DNA from: an uncultured Candidatus Saccharibacteria bacterium
GTDB taxonomy: Bacteria; Patescibacteriota; Minisyncoccia; Phycocordibacterales; EsbW-18
Length of the DNA: 57,318 nucleotides
Reading direction: 5' to 3'
Assembly: GCA_964608145.1 (NCBI GenBank)
Contig: CAZSMD010000001.1
Coordinates: 1-57,318 of the forward strand
Shown: in pieces, positions 53,653 through 57,318 of the stretch
Layout: every line of letters starts with the position of its first letter
Position numbering within the stretch: the stretch's first letter is position 1
Position numbers and translations under genes: made by a program
Notes under the pieces: model-generated
Databases searched by the model: none
Told to the model about the DNA's origin: nothing
Seen by the model: the letters and a program-made list of their open reading frames with translations, nothing else

Positions 53653-54396
53653 TTATCCGACGAAGTGGGGTTTTTCGCGCGCCGATCGAAGATAGGCCCG
53701 CGCAAAGAGATAGAGACCGACAAAAAATATTACCGCATTGCCCATCTGTACTGCAGAAATCTCCACTGAGGTAATTGACGAGTAGAGCCAAAAATCACGC
53801 TTGTACGAAGCAAGTTGAACAAAGATGTAGAGGAAAGAAACGATGGTCGTCAGAACTCCCGCCAAAGAGAGGAAGAAAACCCCGAGACGCGGAATAATGA
53901 ACCCCTCACACGGGTCATGCACCACTTGCCAGAGCGTATAGAGAAAAAGAATCTTGACAGGAATATAAAAGATAAGATGACTTGCCCAGACCGGCGTATA
54001 AGAAACATCGAAACCGGTGACAAAAAAACTGCATGCAAAGTAGGCCGCTGAGCATCCTAGCCACAGAAAAATAAACCGATAGTAACGTTTTTCCGGCTGC
54101 CGTTTTCTGAAGAAAAGCAAACCCTGCGTAAAAGCAAGAAACGCAATGAAATGAATGATGAGTGTTATAAAAAAGAAGGTGTATAAACCCTGCTGCTCCA
54201 AACCTTGCACGCCCCCATTCAAGAGAACATTTGGAAGTTTAAACCAGAAGAGGAGGCCAAGCCCATACGCCCAGTGCAATAAAAAAATGGGGCGCTCCGA
54301 GCTTCGTAGCCACTGCAATAAAAAAAATGCTCCGCCTGTGACGGACAAGGTTATTGCAAGGAGTGGAAAGAAAAAGTCGATGCTCGTCGCCAGCAT
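53653..54396 (-). CDS. polytopic membrane protein, about 7 predicted TM helices
   Basis: Seven hydrophobic stretches by eye. No Lys in the last helix, so not rhodopsin-like. Confidence 0.6.
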   Translation of the reverse strand: MLATSIDFFFPLLAITLSVTGGAFFLLQWLRSSERPIFLLHWAYGLGLLFWFKLPNVLLNGGVQGLEQQGLYTFFFITLIIHFIAFLAFTQGLLFFRKRQPEKRYYRFIFLWLGCSAAYFACSFFVTGFDVSYTPVWASHLIFYIPVKILFLYTLWQVVHDPCEGFIIPRLGVFFLSLAGVLTTIVSFLYIFVQLASYKRDFWLYSSITSVEISAVQMGNAVIFFVGLYLFARAYLRSAREKPHFVG

Positions 54397-54632
54397 AATT
54401 CAATCATGGGCGCTTCACGATAAAAGACAACCCCTGTTATCAACATAAAAAGATCAGGTACTTTGCCGGCTTCATGGGTCTTTCTGATTTTCAAAGCAAA
54501 ACGCCGCCCGGGTTTCCCCAGACGGCGTGCGTAGTTCTGCATGGTCGCGTGACCAGCCCCATGCTCATCCCAGGAACGATTTGCCGTGATGGTCCGGTTC
54601 AAATCGTTTTGTCCCGGGAAACCGAGATTCAC
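54351..54632 (-). CDS. hypothetical protein (93 aa)
   Basis: GTG start directly after the TAG of a 30-codon upstream mini-ORF. GGGAGGA lies 4 nt upstream. The 3' end overlaps the 7TM gene start by 46 nt. Confidence 0.4.
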   Translation of the reverse strand: MNLGFPGQNDLNRTITANRSWDEHGAGHATMQNYARRLGKPGRRFALKIRKTHEAGKVPDLFMLITGVVFYREAPMIELCWRRASTFSFHSLQ

Positions 54633-54754
54633 CTATCCTCCCGCAACACGTATCAGGTGCATTGGTCGGAATCGGATCGCCTTGTGGGCCTGCTCTCGGC
54701 TGTCGCAGGGAGTTTCCACCTCCATTTCTTTGCCGTAGGTTGTCGGATGCCCCC

Positions 54755-55012
54755 CTAGAAGGAGGAGCTGGCGAGGACGAAGGTCGCGGCCTGTCGCCGC
54801 GGGGTGATGAAGAGCTTCGCCAGGGCCGTCCTGATGCGGACGGGCTTGGCTCCCGTCGGCGCCCTCAGGCACCTGGAGCTGCGCCTTCCGCCCTTCTTCA
54901 GGTCGCAGGCCTCTGCGCAAAGCGCGTCGTAGTTCCGGTGACGCCGGCGTTCCTTCTCCCACCACCGTCGCTGCTTCTCCGCACGACGAGCCTTCTCCTG
55001 GAGCTTGTCCAT
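54755..55012 (-). CDS. hypothetical Arg-rich basic protein (85 aa) with extreme GC3
   Basis: AGGAGG 5 nt upstream of ATG: MDKLQEKARRAEKQRRWWEKERRRHRNYDALCAEACDLKKGGRR... About 74 of 85 third positions are G/C by my count. Consensus promoter upstream. Confidence 0.55.
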   Translation of the reverse strand: MDKLQEKARRAEKQRRWWEKERRRHRNYDALCAEACDLKKGGRRSSRCLRAPTGAKPVRIRTALAKLFITPRRQAATFVLASSSF

Positions 55013-55064
55013 CTCGTCCTCCTGGGCAATGAGGTCTTGAAACCTCGGTTCAGCTTCTGTTCCT

Positions 55065-55092
55065 ATTATAGCACCCCCAACCTATTTGTCAA
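55065..55092 (-). promoter_or_regulatory. consensus sigma70 promoter TTGACA-16-TATAAT
   Basis: Minus strand TTGACA (55087-55092) and TATAAT (55065-55070). Confidence 0.65.
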
Positions 55093-55109
55093 GTCCCCTC
55101 TCCAGAACA

Positions 55110-55137
55110 AGATAACTTGGTTTTTGCCAACTTATCT
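55110..55137. promoter_or_regulatory. palindromic operator candidate just upstream of the -35 box
   Basis: AGATAACTTGG-TTTTTG-CCAACTTATCT. 11-nt arms with one central mismatch. Confidence 0.45.
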
Positions 55138-55157
55138 CAAAATCTCTAGCAATGCTT

Positions 55158-55219
55158 CGCGGAGCAGTGCCAACAGAAAAACACCCCCTTGGGGTGCTTT
55201 TCGTGCTGACTGCTCCGCG
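55158..55219 (-). terminator. nested hairpins: inner intrinsic terminator (55176-55202) enclosed by an 11-bp outer stem
   Basis: The inner hairpin on the minus strand is GAAAAGCACCCC AAG GGGGUGUUUUUC followed by a U-rich tail. The outer stem pairs CGCGGAGCAGT (55158-55168) with ACTGCTCCGCG (55209-55219). Confidence 0.55.
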
Positions 55220-55223
55220 GGTA
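55212..55223 (-). repeat. 12-nt direct copy of the tRNA-Asn 3' end
   Basis: GCTCCGCGGGTA also occurs at 55292-55303, the tRNA acceptor 3' strand. An inverted partial copy lies at 55158-55168. Confidence 0.8.
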
Positions 55224-55256
55224 AATACGTTTTCCCGTGTTCACTTCGGTATAAAT

Positions 55257-55286
55257 AAAAAAGCCCACAAGGGCTCTTTTATTTTT
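55257..55286. terminator. hairpin terminator immediately downstream of tRNA-Asn
   Basis: AAAAAAGCCC ACAA GGGCTCTTTTATTTTT. Confidence 0.65.
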
Positions 55287-55292
55287 CCTCAG

Positions 55293-55364
55293 CTCCGCGG
55301 GTAGGATTCGAACCTACGACCAACTCCTTAACAGGGAGTCGCTCTACCACTGAGCTACCGCGGA
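55293..55364 (-). tRNA. tRNA-Asn (anticodon GUU), no encoded CCA
   Basis: Minus strand UCCGCGGUAGCUCAGUGGUAGAGCGACUCCCUGUUAAGGAGUUGGUCGUAGGUUCGAAUCCUACCCGCGGAG. Anticodon loop CUGUUAA. Confidence 0.93.
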
Positions 55365-55525
55365 ATATTGTGTCGTGGACACATACCACTATTTCGAGGT
55401 GCTCATATCTGAGCTACTACGACAAGCGAGGATGAACGCGAAAGCCGTGCTTTCATGTTCTTCGAGCGCCGTCGGAGAAAGGCCGGCTCTCGCCGGACTT
55501 ACCGCGGAATATTGTGGTGCATCCG
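55365..55525 (-). ncRNA. hairpin-rich ~150-nt leader of tRNA-Asn containing partial copies of the tRNA 5' end and D arm
   Basis: The 17-mer TACCGCGGAATATTGTG occurs at 55356-55372 and 55500-55516. CTGAGCTAC occurs at 55350-55358 and 55409-55417. Hairpins at 55483-55496, 55458-55479, 55434-55460, 55401-55414 and 55370-55382. No ORF. Confidence 0.5.
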
Positions 55526-55531
55526 AGCAAA

Positions 55532-55560
55532 ATTATACACGGGGAGGTTTATAAAACAAC
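55532..55560 (-). promoter_or_regulatory. promoter with extended -10 (TGTATAAT) for the leader plus tRNA-Asn
   Basis: Minus strand TATAAT (55532-55537) preceded by TG. TTGTTT-like -35 lies 16 nt upstream. Confidence 0.5.
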
Positions 55561-55589
55561 CCTTAAAGAGACGCAAGACCTGACTACTT

Positions 55590-55624
55590 CCTCCTCTCTG
55601 CTACACTGTCCGCCAGAGAGGAGG
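55590..55624 (+). promoter_or_regulatory. 11-bp hairpin sequestering the Shine-Dalgarno of the downstream nuclease gene
   Basis: CCTCCTCTCTG (55590-55600) pairs perfectly with CAGAGAGGAGG (55614-55624). GGAGG at 55620-55624 is the only SD for the TTG start at 55634. Confidence 0.6.
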
Positions 55625-55633
55625 TGAAACGAC

Positions 55634-56359
55634 TTGGAGACCGAGTCACAAGAAAACATCGTCGTCGGAGACAAAACCACATTCGTCGGTCAGTTCTTCG
55701 AAGCGGTTGGGCATCACATTCTCGGCGGCGATTTGTCGCGTAACGAGAACGGAGATATCTGCCTCTGGCGAACCGAAACCGCAGTTGAGGTCAAGTCATC
55801 GGGCGTACAATCCTCGTACGGATTTCGCCTGAGCGTCGAGCAGATTGAGCATTACGAGCGTGTCAGCGTGTTCCCCTTCAGCCGTGCGTGGTACATGTTC
55901 TTTGCATATCGCAACCACTCACGAAAAAATGGGGGCGGTAAGCGTGCGAGCGAGCTCTCTCTGCATACGACTCCCGCGGCAATCAGAGCATACCTCGCAG
56001 ACGCCATAGTGTGGTGTCTCCTTGTTGACCTCTCCATCATCACGCGCTGGAGAGAGACAAGGCCGCATTCCACAAAGAGCATTCTGGGACACCTCGGAGC
56101 CGAAACGGTGGACCTCAAGTGTCCGTACGTGCACGAATTTGTGAACGGCGGGCTCGCCGACGGACTCAAAGGGCTCAACCTTGATCCCGCGTCGTACGGC
56201 ACGCTTTTCGGTAACGTGAAAGCCACTTTCCAACCTGATCTTTTCACAGAACATCTCGTGCACTTTCCCATGACGGCAGTCCTGCCGTCTTCAGAAATCC
56301 GTTCGGTTCAACGCATGCTGAGCCGGCGCGGATTTCGCCTCCGACAAGGAGTGCCCTGA
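55634..56359 (+). CDS. orphan PD-(D/E)XK (restriction-endonuclease-like) protein, 241 aa, TTG start
   Basis: FFEAVGHHILGG...NGDICLWRTETAVEVKSS has D-x(n)-E-x-K geometry. No adjacent methyltransferase. Own terminator. Confidence 0.6.
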   Translation: METESQENIVVGDKTTFVGQFFEAVGHHILGGDLSRNENGDICLWRTETAVEVKSSGVQSSYGFRLSVEQIEHYERVSVFPFSRAWYMFFAYRNHSRKNGGGKRASELSLHTTPAAIRAYLADAIVWCLLVDLSIITRWRETRPHSTKSILGHLGAETVDLKCPYVHEFVNGGLADGLKGLNLDPASYGTLFGNVKATFQPDLFTEHLVHFPMTAVLPSSEIRSVQRMLSRRGFRLRQGVP

Positions 56360-56360
56360 C

Positions 56361-56398
56361 CCGCCGCCTGTCCAGAGGACAGGGGGCGGTTTGTTTTT
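56361..56398 (+). terminator. intrinsic terminator after the nuclease gene
   Basis: CCGCCGCCTGTCC AGA GGACAGGGGGCGG followed by TTTGTTTTT. Confidence 0.75.
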
Positions 56399-56404
56399 AA
56401 GCTT

Positions 56405-56482
56405 CCCGGCTCCCGGTTTTCACATCCCTCCCGCTATCCCCCGCGAATCCCCCCGCCTTCCCCAACTCCAAGTTTTGCCCCC
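56405..56482. repeat. C-run-rich tract (G-runs on the minus strand) upstream of dnaB
   Basis: At least 8 runs of 3-6 C within ~80 nt: CCC, CCC, CCC, CCC, CCCCC, CCCCCC, CCCC, CCCCC. Confidence 0.7.
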
Positions 56483-56500
56483 TTGTGGCGCTGGTATACC

Positions 56501-57318
56501 ATGTACCCGATGCCGGAGGAAAAACACAAACCATTGCGTACACCGCCGCAGGATATCGAGGCAGAAAAAGCGCTTCTCGGTTCTATTTTGCTTCGTCCCG
56601 ATACTATTTTTGAAGTAGTTGATGTCGTTTCTGCCGACGCTTTCTACTCGCACAAACACCGCACCATCTGGGGCGCGATGTTTGATCTCTTCAAAAAAAG
56701 CGAGCCCATCGATCTCGTCTCGCTCTCATCACGCCTCAAGGAACTGAAAGAGCTCGAGCACGCGGGCGGCATGAGCTATCTCGCGTCGCTCGTCGATACC
56801 GTGCCGTCGTCAATGAACGCGAAACACTACGCGGAAATCGTCGCGCGCAAGTACACGATGCGCATGTTGATTGAGGCCGCGCATCACATCACCGAACTCG
56901 GCTACAGCGAGGAGCAGGAGCTCGACGAGCTCTTGGATTCCGCGGAAAAGAAAATTTACGAAATCACAAGCGCACCGGGAAATCAGAAATTCACGGCGCT
57001 CTCATACGTCCTCGGGGACGCCTTCGAGCGCCTCGACAAATTGCACAAATCGGGCGATGAATTGCGCGGCGTGCCGACCGGCTTCCCCGAACTTGATAAC
57101 AAGATTGCGGGACTTCAAAAATCCGACCTTATCATTCTCGCCGCACGTCCCTCGATGGGTAAAACATCGCTCGCGCTTGATATCGCACGCAACACGTCAA
57201 TCCGCCACGGCAAACATGTCGGCATCTTCTCGCTTGAAATGAGCGCGCAGCAGCTGGTTGACCGCATGCTCGCATCCGAAGCGCAGGTGGACGCATGGCG
57301 CCTCCGCACCGGAAAATT
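56501..57318 (+). CDS. dnaB: replicative DNA helicase, N-terminal ~270 codons; runs off the right edge and is absent from the ORF track
   Basis: Own translation: MYPMPEEKHKPLRTPPQDIEAEKALLGSILLRPD...GVPTGFPELDNKIAGLQKSDLIILAARPSMGKTSLALDIA...IFSLEMSAQQLVDRML. The start could instead be ATG 56510. Confidence 0.93.
   Translation, partial: MYPMPEEKHKPLRTPPQDIEAEKALLGSILLRPDTIFEVVDVVSADAFYSHKHRTIWGAMFDLFKKSEPIDLVSLSSRLKELKELEHAGGMSYLASLVDTVPSSMNAKHYAEIVARKYTMRMLIEAAHHITELGYSEEQELDELLDSAEKKIYEITSAPGNQKFTALSYVLGDAFERLDKLHKSGDELRGVPTGFPELDNKIAGLQKSDLIILAARPSMGKTSLALDIARNTSIRHGKHVGIFSLEMSAQQLVDRMLASEAQVDAWRLRTGK

Noticed and set aside
54633-54965. 110-aa ORF overlapping the 85-aa ORF in another frame.
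   Set aside because: Third-position G/C is far higher in the 85-aa frame (about 87 percent versus about 58 percent by hand count). The 85-aa frame also has the AGGAGG-N5-ATG. Only the last 30 codons of the 110-aa frame, downstream of the 85-aa stop, are kept as a possible coupled mini-ORF.
1-57318. Alternative genetic code (UGA recoding, as in some CPR lineages), prophage, integrase, transposase or reverse transcriptase (DGR or retron).
   Set aside because: Housekeeping ORFs are uninterrupted under the standard code, and TGA terminates several well-supported genes. I saw no YADD-type reverse transcriptase, DDE or serine/tyrosine recombinase motifs in any ORF of 60 aa or longer.

Overview
57.3-kb chromosomal window, moderately GC-rich, very compact, mostly minus-strand housekeeping genes. 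Gene content is rpoB (partial), rpsP-KH-trmD, rnr, smc, rnc, nusB, rpmF, rnhB, dnaE, thrS, typA, the dcw cluster mraZ-rsmH-ftsL-ftsI-murF, lysS, greA, mreBCD-mrdA, proS, rseP, frr, mnmA, def-fmt, hpf and dnaB (partial). Reduced domain architectures suggest a Patescibacteria/CPR-like bacterium (inference only): hinge-less SMC, TGS-less ThrRS, INS-less ProRS, a NusB-Nudix fusion, an L32 starting MRHTKGHTGNRR and a DUF5679-like zinc ribbon. The standard genetic code fits, because TGA is used as a stop and the genes are intact. There are two tRNAs, Glu-CUC and Asn-GUU. I recognise no rRNA, CRISPR array, transposase, integrase or reverse transcriptase. The ORF track omits the two edge-truncated genes (rpoB, dnaB) and ORFs under 60 aa, and many track ORFs carry spurious N-terminal extensions, so I give trimmed starts. 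Main signals worth a second look: (1) each tRNA is preceded by a promoter-driven, ORF-free, hairpin-rich RNA built from partial copies of that same tRNA. (2) An accessory block next to tRNA-Asn (about 51.4-56.4 kb) holds an orphan PD-(D/E)XK nuclease with an occluded RBS and TTG start. The block also holds a GC3-extreme small basic-protein operon under a consensus promoter with a palindromic operator. (3) A terminator-insulated small-ORF cassette next to tRNA-Glu (28.1-28.8 kb) includes a translationally coupled 40-aa hydrophobic peptide. (4) A 34-nt inverted repeat pair brackets ftsL-ftsI 2 kb apart, and its single difference is a G-U wobble only in the sense transcript. (5) An orphan terminator and structured RNA sit upstream of def-fmt. 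All functional calls come from reading the translated ORFs and the sequence by eye. No database search was run.
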